IMG/VR virus record: IMGVR_UViG_650716090_000002 | Source: an uncultured virus (IMG/VR IMGVR_UViG_650716090_000002) | Taxonomy: Duplodnaviria; Heunggongvirae; Uroviricota; Caudoviricetes | Strand: one strand, 5' to 3' | DNA length: 20,000 bases | Shown: piece after piece, positions 7,148 through 15,568 of the stretch | How positions within the stretch are numbered: the first letter of the stretch is position 1 | Layout of the letters: each line of letters opens with the position of its first letter | Notes under the pieces: generated by a model | What the model saw: the letters and a program-made list of their open reading frames with translations, nothing else | Database searches by the model: none | What the model was told of the DNA's origin: nothing | Program-made: the position numbers and the translations under genes

Positions 7148-7389
7148 AATTCCCTCACTGATACCCAAACATAATCTGGATACTTCTCCATTGATATTTC
7201 TTTACTGATTAAACAATCACGCTGATAATTATGATTATTCAACAGAATTTCACTAGCAAGTGTTTTCGGCACCTCAATTGTAGGTGGTCCTACTTTCTGA
7301 CCGTTTACATATTCTTTTAGGTTTTTAAACGTGTAATCAGTTTCTGTCTCACTTACTATAACCGCTCCTACCCAATCTGGTTCATTCAT
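7144..7389 (-). CDS. Hypothetical phage protein
   Basis: ORF track; ATGA coupling; GGAGGAG RBS. Confidence 0.75.
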   Translation of the reverse strand: MNEPDWVGAVIVSETETDYTFKNLKEYVNGQKVGPPTIEVPKTLASEILLNNHNYQRDCLISKEISMEKYPDYVWVSVREL

Positions 7390-7604
7390 CTTAACTCCTC
7401 CAATTCTTTAAGTGGAACAAATTTAAATTGTGGAAACTGTTCTGCTTCTTTGCGTGTGCAGTGGTAGGCGTATTCTAAACACTCTTCTTTTTCATCTGTT
7501 TCCAAAATCGTAAATTTTTCTCTTTTTGTAAGCGTAGTTAATAAAACATATCTAAACCAACTATTTTGTAACTCTAGCAATAACACTCCTAATTCTTCGT
7601 TCAT
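7386..7604 (-). CDS. Small phage protein, paralog of 6394-6570
   Basis: ORF track; shared terminal repeats. Confidence 0.8.
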   Translation of the reverse strand: MNEELGVLLLELQNSWFRYVLLTTLTKREKFTILETDEKEECLEYAYHCTRKEAEQFPQFKFVPLKELEELR

Positions 7605-7792
7605 TCTTGTTTCTCCTCGAATTTTATTGTTGATATTTGATTTGAATTAAAAATTGTTTTTTCACCTTTTGAATGATTTATTTCAAAAATATAATTTCTG
7701 ATAAAACAGTCACTAATATATTTTATAGATTCGTCATCAATATTGTGGAATTCAAAAGTATCGTTATTAGTCATTCTTATTGTTGCTTTCAT
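7601..7792 (-). CDS. Hypothetical phage protein (likely start MKATIRM)
   Basis: ATGA overlap at 7792-7789 with GAGGTGA RBS. Confidence 0.75.
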   Translation of the reverse strand: MKATIRMTNNDTFEFHNIDDESIKYISDCFIRNYIFEINHSKGEKTIFNSNQISTIKFEEKQE

Positions 7793-8355
7793 TCCGTCAC
7801 CTCTTTCTTCCACTTCCACGCCCACTCGAAATCTTTGCGGATTTCTTGTTCTGTGAGTTGATATCGACTATTATTTTTCCAACAAGTATCGAATTCGTTG
7901 CACATCACAACGTCTCCAACGATAGACCTTGCAAGTACTGTAATTGCAGGTGTGTTCGGATTCGGAATCTCCACAGTATACAACTTCTCTTTTTCGACTG
8001 TGTAGCCATAAAGCCATGCTTTTGCTATAATTTCTGTGTAATCACTTTCTTGTTGCTTGATATATAAACTTAATTCAACATCGTCAAAAACGTTCTCTAA
8101 AGCATGAGATAATCTGCATCCCTGTTCCTTATATTTTTCTATCCAATCAGCCACAAATTTCGGCACTACTGGTTTTGGTTGGTCTAGTTCTGTTGTCACT
8201 CCTTCCCATTTTGGATTAACACTAATTGTCCTAGCCAATGTATTTATTTTTAGAGTAGTTGTATTTTCTATGTCATGCATATTCTCAATATCTATTGCTT
8301 CGATATATCCGTAAAGTGAAACTTTTTGACCTATTTTTAAATTTTCAATCTTCAT
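7789..8355 (-). CDS. DUF1642-domain phage protein
   Basis: KPVVPKFVADWIE ... AKAWLYGYTVEKEKLYTV ... LTEQEIRKDFEWAW signature. Confidence 0.85.
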   Translation of the reverse strand: MKIENLKIGQKVSLYGYIEAIDIENMHDIENTTTLKINTLARTISVNPKWEGVTTELDQPKPVVPKFVADWIEKYKEQGCRLSHALENVFDDVELSLYIKQQESDYTEIIAKAWLYGYTVEKEKLYTVEIPNPNTPAITVLARSIVGDVVMCNEFDTCWKNNSRYQLTEQEIRKDFEWAWKWKKEVTE

Positions 8356-8358
8356 TTT

Positions 8359-8994
8359 CTACCTCCATTCAATATATGGGCTTTCAACATGCACTATTGC
8401 ATCTCCAATCCACTTACGGACGTTAAACTCTTTTTCTGCTAACTCATTTCGTGGCATTACGTTCAAATCACTAAATTTCATATAGTCATCTTTTGTGTTC
8501 TGAATAAAGTACACGTTTTTAATTTCTCTAGTCAGTGCATCACCATGGACTACAATGCCATTCATCCCACGTATCAGCATGTTAAAAAGTAGAAAAGGTA
8601 TAGCTCTGTCAGATAATTCTTCTACGTGATACCAATAGTCAGACGGTTTATAAGTAAGCAGGCTGTCATTCTTCCTTTGCTCATGCCACGCTTGAATCAT
8701 AATGCTTCCAGTCCCTGCTGCGACTTCAAAGTAACTGTTCCCACCAACTATTTTTGAAAGCATCTTACTTAGCGCTTGTGGTGTAAAGTCCTGCTTCTTA
8801 TTCTTTCTATCAGCTTGTTCTTCTTCAAAGTATTGCATAAACCATTCATACGACATGTCCCATTCATGCTCTAAAAACTGTTTGAATAGTTCCTCGCGAT
8901 CTGACTTGTTAAACAGTATCTCCATTAGCCTGTTTGGTGCTTTGAATACTTCATCAATGCCTAGTAGTTCGTGTATAATTTTAGTTGTTAACAT
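8359..8994 (-). CDS. N-6 DNA methylase-like (HsdM-like) SAM-binding protein lacking an NPPY/F motif
   Basis: QDFTP, motif I-like FEVAAGTGS and HGDAL present; no motif IV visible. Confidence 0.75.
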   Translation of the reverse strand: MLTTKIIHELLGIDEVFKAPNRLMEILFNKSDREELFKQFLEHEWDMSYEWFMQYFEEEQADRKNKKQDFTPQALSKMLSKIVGGNSYFEVAAGTGSIMIQAWHEQRKNDSLLTYKPSDYWYHVEELSDRAIPFLLFNMLIRGMNGIVVHGDALTREIKNVYFIQNTKDDYMKFSDLNVMPRNELAEKEFNVRKWIGDAIVHVESPYIEWR

Positions 8995-9031
8995 TTATCC
9001 CCCATTTCTAGTAAGTTCATTTGCTACCTCT

Positions 9032-9454
9032 TTAAGCTTCTACCACAGGGAAGTGAATGTTTCCAATAACTAGAGAACCAACGCTATAATAATATCCGTT
9101 ATGTTCTGCTTCACACTCTGCTAATGCGATTGTATTTTGATTATGATAAATGGTAACTTTGTTTATATGCCTTACACTCCAATCATCATCATCACTAACT
9201 TGTTCTCCAATTTCTACATCTGTTATTACAGCGTCAAGTTTTACGTTTTCAAACTTGCCACCTGCATAAGCACAACAATCACTTTCTGATAATTCAATTG
9301 TTACTTCTGTGCCATCTTCTAAAGTTAAATGTTTTTCATCCCATTCCACGATACGTTTGAATAAAAGAATTTCTTTTAATTCATCAATAGTGCCATATCG
9401 TGTATTTTTACCATCTGGCGCATAATAATCTGGTAATTCAATTGTGTATTCCAT
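9032..9454 (-). CDS. Hypothetical acidic phage protein (SDCCA and NGYYYS motifs)
   Basis: ORF track; GGGGGA RBS. Confidence 0.8.
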   Translation of the reverse strand: MEYTIELPDYYAPDGKNTRYGTIDELKEILLFKRIVEWDEKHLTLEDGTEVTIELSESDCCAYAGGKFENVKLDAVITDVEIGEQVSDDDDWSVRHINKVTIYHNQNTIALAECEAEHNGYYYSVGSLVIGNIHFPVVEA

Positions 9455-9456
9455 CT

Positions 9457-9648
9457 CTATCCCCCATTTCCAGTAAGCTCTGCAATCCTCGCAATTATAT
9501 TTTCAACAGATGTTTCAGTATGAAAATATCCTTGACTTTCACATTGTATCACTGTGTATTTCCCGCCATTTTTAATGTCGTTTTTCTTATAAATAGAAAT
9601 AATCTTATCAACATTTATATACATTCCTTCTACTTCTAAAAACTTCAT
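9457..9648 (-). CDS. Small hypothetical protein ending ARIAELTGNGG
   Basis: ORF track; RBS supplied by the upstream GGGGGA. Confidence 0.75.
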   Translation of the reverse strand: MKFLEVEGMYINVDKIISIYKKNDIKNGGKYTVIQCESQGYFHTETSVENIIARIAELTGNGG

Positions 9649-9650
9649 CC

Positions 9651-9875
9651 CTATCCCCCATTCCCAGTAAGTTCAGCAATTCTCGCAGTCTTACCAGCCG
9701 ATTCTTCACTTACTTTTTTAAGCTGTTTTTGCGTTCTGTCTAGTTGTTTAGTTAGTCCGTCAATTTGCGGTTGGTATTTTTCTATTTGATAACTAGAACC
9801 GATCCATATACCTGTCAGTAATATAATCAGATTTAAAATAACTATTTCAATTCTATTAAGAGTGTACTTTTTCAT
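9651..9875 (-). CDS. Single-TM coiled-coil phage protein ending ARIAELTGNGG
   Basis: ORF track; N-terminal hydrophobic helix. Confidence 0.8.
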   Translation of the reverse strand: MKKYTLNRIEIVILNLIILLTGIWIGSSYQIEKYQPQIDGLTKQLDRTQKQLKKVSEESAGKTARIAELTGNGG

Positions 9876-10159
9876 TCTTCCACGCTTTCTATAAATCTTT
9901 CCATTTGGTCATAAGAACTTCCAGGCATATTGCTCCATTTTTCAATCTGTTCGCTTGGGACTTCATAGTCACCATCGTAATAATCTGCTAGACGACATTG
10001 TGAACTGTCTAAATCATCCTTGTACGTTCCGTCTTTGTACCATACTGTAATTACCTCATCACCTGATAATACTTCTACTTGGATATAGTAAATATTTTCA
10101 ATATCGCCAATATAAACCGGTATTCTGTCGTCTTTGTAATCAACAATGTTAATTATCAT
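9872..10159 (-). CDS. Hypothetical acidic phage protein
   Basis: ORF track; ATGA coupling. Confidence 0.8.
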   Translation of the reverse strand: MIINIVDYKDDRIPVYIGDIENIYYIQVEVLSGDEVITVWYKDGTYKDDLDSSQCRLADYYDGDYEVPSEQIEKWSNMPGSSYDQMERFIESVEE

Positions 10160-10518
10160 TCCACTTCCTCCAAAAATTCCAAATAGCGTGGGTCAATAGC
10201 TTCAACTTCTGCTCGTGTGAATTTGGTTTTGTACGCTGTGCTTTCATGATATACATCAAGCTCTTTTAAACCTGTGTTTTTGCTAATATTTAAATATCCC
10301 TTTTCGTTATTTATCAACTTCACATAATACAAAGGCTCTCCCACTTCCCATTTACCATAAAGGATGGCTTGTATAACAGTCAAATTTCTATCAATTCCAA
10401 ACAGTCTATTAGAAATAACTTTTTCAATTGCTTTATATTTTTGCTCTTTGGTTCTTATTCCGTTTACATTTACAAAACATGTTAGCCAGCTATCTTCGTT
10501 TTTATTAAGCTTAATCAT
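10156..10518 (-). CDS. Phage protein with DUF1642-like C-terminal region
   Basis: AILYGKWEV..LYYVKL..GYLN..KTKFTRAEVEAIDPRY pattern; GGAGG RBS. Confidence 0.7.
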   Translation of the reverse strand: MIKLNKNEDSWLTCFVNVNGIRTKEQKYKAIEKVISNRLFGIDRNLTVIQAILYGKWEVGEPLYYVKLINNEKGYLNISKNTGLKELDVYHESTAYKTKFTRAEVEAIDPRYLEFLEEVE

Positions 10519-10520
10519 TG

Positions 10521-10757
10521 TTATTCCTCCATTAACTTCCTCATACGAGTAAGAACATTTTTATCTGGTAAGTCTTCCTCGTTATATAACCGATTAGCTT
10601 TATTTGCTGAAACGTTTAGCATTTTGCCAATCTCTACATAGTTATCAGTGTTTAACCAATCTTTAAAATTCCTTAGTTCGTCCAATGGTGTTAAATACTG
10701 CTTGTTGTTGACAGTTACTGCGAACTTTGTTTTTAGCTTGTTGCTTCCTTTTGTCAT
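10521..10757 (-). CDS. Hypothetical protein, possible HTH
   Basis: ORF track; EIGKMLNVSANKANRL. Confidence 0.7.
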   Translation of the reverse strand: MTKGSNKLKTKFAVTVNNKQYLTPLDELRNFKDWLNTDNYVEIGKMLNVSANKANRLYNEEDLPDKNVLTRMRKLMEE

Positions 10758-11113
10758 AGGTATAAACTTTCTATCATAGCCATTTTGTTTTTTATTCTCC
10801 TGATAGAACGCTTTTTTTCTCTCTCCTCCAATTCATCAACTAGATATTTTATAGCAATAGCAAGTTCCTTCATCGGATTTTTCTCTCTTTGACTTACGGA
10901 TAAACTGATCATCGCCTTGAATTCTTTTTCAGTGTAATATTTTTCAAAATATAGCAATTTTGACGGTGCTGGTAGTCTCCCAATTCTTTTTGACTGTGCA
11001 CAAGATTGATATATTCTGTGATATATTTTCCCATCTGTCATTCCAAATTCGTCATACAGGCTTTTTCTTATATCATCATCAAATCTTTTGTAAAATTCAT
11101 CTACTAAATTCAT
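10754..11113 (-). CDS. Hypothetical phage protein
   Basis: ORF track; ATGA coupling to rusA. Confidence 0.8.
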   Translation of the reverse strand: MNLVDEFYKRFDDDIRKSLYDEFGMTDGKIYHRIYQSCAQSKRIGRLPAPSKLLYFEKYYTEKEFKAMISLSVSQREKNPMKELAIAIKYLVDELEEREKKRSIRRIKNKMAMIESLYL

Positions 11114-11559
11114 AATTCTGTAATTTCAACCTCAATTCTAGGATTTGGACTGTATACCTTTTTTGCAACAAGATAGCAGATAATGTTGTCATCAGACCAA
11201 ACATTTTTTGCTTTTGTGATACTGTCAAAAACAGACTTTACTAGATTATCAATATCAGGAAGCTTGTCGTGCCATATAAGCTCGTTTACAAACCTGATGA
11301 ACTTTTCCTTGGTCGACTGTCTTGAACGCTCTGACGGCTCTTTTTTGAGCTTCTCAGGGGCTTCCATGAAGAAAGTGACATCTACTTTTATTGGTGTCTC
11401 GTAAAATGGCCCTTTGTATAGATTTTTGACTAGCATTGTGCAAGCACGTCGCCAAACTCTCATGTTCCTATCTTCTCTGACAATAATGCGATTGTTTTTT
11501 ATTGATGATCGTGGTCTGCTCTGTGGTTTTGGTTCTATCGGTATTATTAATTTTGTCAT
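11110..11559 (-). CDS. rusA: RusA-family Holliday junction resolvase
   Basis: PKPQSRPR, PDIDNLVKSVFD, WSDDNII and PRIEVEI motifs. Confidence 0.92.
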   Translation of the reverse strand: MTKLIIPIEPKPQSRPRSSIKNNRIIVREDRNMRVWRRACTMLVKNLYKGPFYETPIKVDVTFFMEAPEKLKKEPSERSRQSTKEKFIRFVNELIWHDKLPDIDNLVKSVFDSITKAKNVWSDDNIICYLVAKKVYSPNPRIEVEITEL

Positions 11560-11574
11560 TGTTTTCAAAAATTA

Positions 11575-11730
11575 AATGCACTTGCCTTATATATCTGTGA
11601 GAATATTTTGGCAAAGACAAGTGCGAAATTCCTTATTCATCAGTCCTGTTAAACTTGACGTTAAGAAAATAAGTTTCCTTTCTTGCTAGGACGATTTAAT
11701 ACTGCAAAGGCCTAGCTTCACTTTGCAATA
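11575..11730 (-). promoter_or_regulatory. Structured intergenic leader of rusA (pseudoknot plus hairpins)
   Basis: ATTGCAAAG/CTTTGCAGT stem whose loop GCTAGG matches downstream CCTAGC; 11-bp GCACTTGTCTT/AAGGCAAGTGC stem. Confidence 0.5.
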
Positions 11731-11738
11731 AATACTTA

Positions 11739-11903
11739 TCATAGTAATTCGACATCGAAAATCAATAACTCATGAGAACTAAAACATAATAAATTTTTGT
11801 ATGTCTCCTTGAATTTTATTCCAGCCATGAAAGAATTAACTGCTTCAATTTCTGCACCTAAATCTAACTGTGCTATTTTTCCTGTAACATAGTATTTATT
11901 CAT
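11739..11903 (-). CDS. Small hypothetical protein, 54 aa (MNKYYVTGKIAQLDLGAEIEAVNSFMAGIKFKETY...)
   Basis: Translated by hand; TAATG coupling; GAGG RBS. Confidence 0.75.
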   Translation of the reverse strand: MNKYYVTGKIAQLDLGAEIEAVNSFMAGIKFKETYKNLLCFSSHELLIFDVELL

Positions 11904-12700
11904 TAGTAAACCTCTACTCTAGTTGTAAGCATATTCGCCCTGCAATAATCGCAATGGCCACATGCAACTGGTTTTTCTTTACCTTTTTTAACACGGTCTA
12001 ATCGTTCAATCTCTTGGGCTAAGTCATTTAATTCACTTTGCATAGCATCGATATTTTGAATTCGTATCGCCCTGGTGTCTGATGGCGTCTCTTTTGTGAC
12101 TGCGTAAATGATAGGTTCGAAAGGTTTATTGTACGTTGCTTCAAGCATGTTTTTGTAGGCACCCATTTGTAAAATATAACCATACGCTTCAAACCATCTT
12201 ACTTTTCCGTTGTTCGTCCAAATTAGATCGTCAATACCAGCTTTAGTGGTTTTTATATCTACAAAATATCCACGTTCAATATTTAAACAATCGATTTTCC
12301 CTTTGAATTCAATATTCCCAAGTAATCCAGTAATCGCCACTTCTTTTTCACCTTGGTATAAAGCTGTAAAGTTGCTATCAGCCTTTAACGCTTCAATCAT
12401 CTGTTCAGCGACAACATATTCTTTTTTTAGTTGTCCTTTTGTAGTGCCACGGCTCGAAATCATCTCAGCACCGTTCAGTTTCTTGAATTCTTCATGAGCT
12501 TCTTGACTTTCAAAGAAAGAGTGGACATAGTTCCCGACGAGTAACGCAGTGTTACTGCAGGTAGCTTCCCAACTTCCTTGTAATTCAGAAAGCGCCCTTG
12601 CTTCGCATTCTCTAAAACGCTTGTACTGACTAATAGACCAGTATCTGATAGCTGACTCATGGCTGTAGTAGTCCTTTCCAAGTAAGTCCAGTTTATCCAT
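11903..12700 (-). CDS. PD-(D/E)XK exonuclease (RecE-like, DUF3799-type), RecT partner
   Basis: SISQYKRF, GNYVH, KGKIDCL..VDIKTT, QMGAY and CGHCDYC motifs; adjacent to recT. Confidence 0.85.
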   Translation of the reverse strand: MDKLDLLGKDYYSHESAIRYWSISQYKRFRECEARALSELQGSWEATCSNTALLVGNYVHSFFESQEAHEEFKKLNGAEMISSRGTTKGQLKKEYVVAEQMIEALKADSNFTALYQGEKEVAITGLLGNIEFKGKIDCLNIERGYFVDIKTTKAGIDDLIWTNNGKVRWFEAYGYILQMGAYKNMLEATYNKPFEPIIYAVTKETPSDTRAIRIQNIDAMQSELNDLAQEIERLDRVKKGKEKPVACGHCDYCRANMLTTRVEVY

Positions 12701-13628
12701 TCATCAAGTCTCCTAAATTATCAAATAATGGGATATCTTCGATTTCACCAGTTTCAGAATTATATTCAGGAATTTCAGTATCTTCTAAAACGTCCGTATT
12801 TTCTTCTGTGACCTCGTTTTGTTGTTCTGCGACTAAATCTTCGGTAACATCCTTGACAGGCTTGTTTGGTAGGTTATTTTCAGTCTGAGGAGCTAATAGG
12901 TCAGATAAGTCATTGTTATTTTGAGGAGTAATGTCTTTTACCTTTCGTTCTTCGTCAAATTCGTTTGCAGTTGTTCGATTTACTGCGTCTACAAATAAAT
13001 CATTATCATCACTAGTATTAAAGAATTGTTTGGCTGCTCGATTAATGACTGTTCTTTTTGCCATTTCTTGCGGAAAATCATTTTGGACATTTTTTATCTT
13101 AGATTTTGACCAAGACTTATCGATTTCTTTTTTTGTCATAACTGTCAGAATTTTTTCCCCATCCTCTTTTTCAATTATGCAATATGACCCAACAATTTCA
13201 TTGTCTGCATTCATCCAGTCAGTATCGTGGCTAACAAAGACTTTGCGCCCGTTCTCATTCTTAATTTTGAAATCATCCCCCTTGTAGATAACTTCTGCAT
13301 AAATATCTTTTACTTCAGGCAACTGTTTTACAACTTTCATAGTCCCGAAGTATGATCTGGTTAGTTTAACTGTATTCCCATAAGGGATAAAGTAACATTG
13401 GCTTTTTGCTGGTGATAATCCTTGCGTTACCATATCCAACAGAGCATTATAAATACTATCTTGATCTTTATTTAGTAGACTTCCGTTTTTTAGCGCATAG
13501 TATGCTGAGCTTAAAGCATTGCTTACACTATAATTTGGAGCAATCATCAATCCGTCACCGTCTTGCATTTGACTGATTCTAGTTGCGACACTTGAAGTCA
13601 CTTGTTTTTGTGTTAATTCATTGGCCAT
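12693..13628 (-). CDS. recT: RecT-family single-strand annealing recombinase
   Basis: QGLSPAKSQCYFIPYG, RSYFG and EMAKRTVINRAAK motifs; acidic tail. Confidence 0.92.
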   Translation of the reverse strand: MANELTQKQVTSSVATRISQMQDGDGLMIAPNYSVSNALSSAYYALKNGSLLNKDQDSIYNALLDMVTQGLSPAKSQCYFIPYGNTVKLTRSYFGTMKVVKQLPEVKDIYAEVIYKGDDFKIKNENGRKVFVSHDTDWMNADNEIVGSYCIIEKEDGEKILTVMTKKEIDKSWSKSKIKNVQNDFPQEMAKRTVINRAAKQFFNTSDDNDLFVDAVNRTTANEFDEERKVKDITPQNNNDLSDLLAPQTENNLPNKPVKDVTEDLVAEQQNEVTEENTDVLEDTEIPEYNSETGEIEDIPLFDNLGDLMNG

Positions 13629-13826
13629 TTATTTCCTCTTTCTGTGTTTGAGCTGAAAATTATCAGCTTTTAATCTTCTGTTTTCGTTTGCTAGTGTTAG
13701 CACTCTATTTTGGAGTTTGTCTATTTCTTGCCCTAGTAGCTTTTGAACTTCAAAATAATTACTTTCCCAATCTTCACTGAATTCAAATTCCGTCGATTTT
13801 TTCATATAAACCCTCGATACTTGCAT
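13629..13826 (-). CDS. Small coiled-coil phage protein (start uncertain, possibly ATG 13805)
   Basis: ORF track; heptad pattern. Confidence 0.65.
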   Translation of the reverse strand: MQVSRVYMKKSTEFEFSEDWESNYFEVQKLLGQEIDKLQNRVLTLANENRRLKADNFQLKHRKRK

Positions 13827-13992
13827 CGATATCTGATAACCCAGCGCTTAGGTAAGCAGTGCATGCCGCCATTAACACACGAGTTAACTCAGGATCTTCA
13901 AATCTTGAATAAACTTCTTCAATATAAATATCTAAAACATCAAGTTCATGTCTTGTTCTATCCCTAATTATTTCTTTCTCACTTGCTTCCAT
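13783..13992 (-). CDS. Hypothetical phage protein (likely start MEASEKE)
   Basis: GGAGGAG RBS before ATG 13992. Confidence 0.75.
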   Translation of the reverse strand: MEASEKEIIRDRTRHELDVLDIYIEEVYSRFEDPELTRVLMAACTAYLSAGLSDIDASIEGLYEKIDGI

Positions 13993-14320
13993 ATCTAATC
14001 TCCTCCGCAATTGCTTTGAAATCATTGAGGTCTACAGCCTCAACTTTTTTGATTCTCTTAATAGTTGTTGCGACTTGCCCTTTATTAGGTCTTAAACCTA
14101 TTTGTCTTTCTTCCTCATTGTTTGGAATAAAGTATCCACCATCTTTTTCTTTAATGGCACATACTGGTATTCCTTTGTGAATAAGCGATTCAACCATTTT
14201 TTCAACTTGTCGTTTACTCATTTTGAAGACTCTTTCAAATTCTTTTCTAGGTCGTGGGTGTTCCATTCCATGTGGAATAAAACAAAAGAATCGTTTTTCA
14301 AGTTCTGTTAGTTTTTCCAT
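13979..14320 (-). CDS. Winged-HTH phage protein
   Basis: MSKRQVEKMVESLIHKGIPV..GGYFIP pattern; GAGGG RBS. Confidence 0.75.
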   Translation of the reverse strand: MEKLTELEKRFFCFIPHGMEHPRPRKEFERVFKMSKRQVEKMVESLIHKGIPVCAIKEKDGGYFIPNNEEERQIGLRPNKGQVATTIKRIKKVEAVDLNDFKAIAEEIRYGSK

Positions 14321-14543
14321 ATATTTCCCTCAAATTCTGTAATCTGATTTTTTCAGCTTCATCAGTTGTTATTTTATTTCCAAAGGCGTACAGGTTAACC
14401 CAGTTGAAATTTATTCCAACTCCGTCAATCTCTTTTCCATGTGCGCAGTATTTTGCAAAAGCGTCAAAGGTTTGTTGACTAGCTGGTTTACCAAATTCCT
14501 TAACTAATCGATCGTTGAAGTGTTTAAAAAGCGTTTGGGTCAT
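14298..14543 (-). CDS. Hypothetical phage protein
   Basis: ORF track; GGAGGT RBS. Confidence 0.8.
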   Translation of the reverse strand: MTQTLFKHFNDRLVKEFGKPASQQTFDAFAKYCAHGKEIDGVGINFNWVNLYAFGNKITTDEAEKIRLQNLREIYGKTNRT

Positions 14544-14576
14544 CTACTACCTCCGCATTATCACCTAATACAAAAC

Positions 14577-15332
14577 TTAGTAAGTCGGGATCTTCATAGT
14601 TGGAGTTTGACCAGTCGGGAACATTTGTTTTTTTGCTTGAATCTTGATTAGTTTTATTTTTTGTTCAAATCGTTGGCGTTCTCTATCTTGTAGTTGTGCC
14701 ATGGTTTTAATTCCAGCTTGTTTCCAATTACGTAGAATAGCTAAGACATATTTCATGTTACGTTTATTGTTATCAGCTGATTCTGTAATTGCTTTACAAA
14801 CTACTTCAATTTCCATTCCATCAATGGAATAATATTCCTCTAACTGTGTTAATTGATAACCATCAATAAATAATCCATGATTTTGACAATGTTCACTGAT
14901 GATGACGGAAATATTTTTTTCACTATCCTCATCTAATCTATTCTTATCTAATCTATTCTTATCTAATCTAATCTGTGGTACGCTTTCGTTACGTAGTTGG
15001 TACGAGTTCGTATCGTCTAAAATTATCTTACTTTTTTCATCAGTATAGATTGACGGTTTATACATGTCCTTCCTGATGACATTGTGTATTTTCCAATCCT
15101 TGATAAGGATGATTCCACTATCAAAATTCAAAACAAATTTTTTTGTTAAAAGCACATTCATATCATCATTGCCTGCGCCGATATTTCTCATTATTCTTTT
15201 TGGTGAATCTACAAATCCGTCATCATCTGCGTGCATGTTAAGATGAAAATATAAATTTTGTGACGACGCTGGCATATCAAGAAATCGGTCGGTATCCGTG
15301 ATAGTATTGCTAAACATTCTTTTTTGTGCCAT
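14577..15332 (-). CDS. Phage replication initiator / replisome organizer with DnaD domain; probable frameshift near the C-terminus
   Basis: MAQKRMFS..FLDMPASSQNLYFHLNMHADDDGFV N-terminus; YVLAILRNWKQAGIKT DnaD motif; the -1 frame continues NVPDWSNSNY to a stop at 14524. Confidence 0.9.
   Translation of the reverse strand: MAQKRMFSNTITDTDRFLDMPASSQNLYFHLNMHADDDGFVDSPKRIMRNIGAGNDDMNVLLTKKFVLNFDSGIILIKDWKIHNVIRKDMYKPSIYTDEKSKIILDDTNSYQLRNESVPQIRLDKNRLDKNRLDEDSEKNISVIISEHCQNHGLFIDGYQLTQLEEYYSIDGMEIEVVCKAITESADNNKRNMKYVLAILRNWKQAGIKTMAQLQDRERQRFEQKIKLIKIQAKKQMFPTGQTPTMKIPTY
14931..14974. repeat. 15-bp tandem repeat inside the initiator gene; probable replication origin iterons
   Basis: (AGATTAGATAAGAAT)x2 + AGATTAGAT, encoding RLDKN-RLDKN-RLD. 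Confidence 0.75.
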
Positions 15333-15343
15333 TTATTTCCTTT

Positions 15344-15568
15344 CTAAAACGCTCTATCTTTGCCCCAGACTTTTCCGCAAGAACCTGGTGTTGGACCTTC
15401 AATGAAATTTGTCCGTCTTGGTTTTTCAACCTTTCGGATGACTAAATTGTTATCAACCACTGTCTGCATCGTCTGTTCAATTGTCTTTTTGTTACTATTG
15501 CGATTACCCATATATGCAATTAGTGCAATAAATGCTAATACTATAATCGCTGTTATTGGATTTTCCAT
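15344..15568 (-). CDS. Small single-TM phage protein
   Basis: ORF track; AAGGAG RBS; hydrophobic N-terminus. Confidence 0.8.
   Translation of the reverse strand: MENPITAIIVLAFIALIAYMGNRNSNKKTIEQTMQTVVDNNLVIRKVEKPRRTNFIEGPTPGSCGKVWGKDRAF

Larger units (their letters stand above)
8996..9687. repeat. Three dispersed copies of a gene-end/RBS junction (8996-9018, 9457-9493, 9651-9687)
   Basis: ctatcccccattYccagtaagYtcWgcaatYctcgca, 33/37 identical between copies 2 and 3; shorter remnant at copy 1. Confidence 0.85.

Noticed and set aside
6398..9687. CRISPR-like array or DGR template/variable repeats
   Set aside because: Repeats are dispersed and coding, with no regular spacers, no adenine-specific mismatch pattern and no cas or reverse transcriptase gene in the window
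11630..11682. Hammerhead ribozyme (GAAAC...GTC...CTGATGA on the minus strand)
   Set aside because: Core words are present in a plausible order, but stems I and III do not pair
12475..12681. 68-aa same-strand alternate-frame ORF
   Set aside because: Nested in the exonuclease gene with no independent evidence
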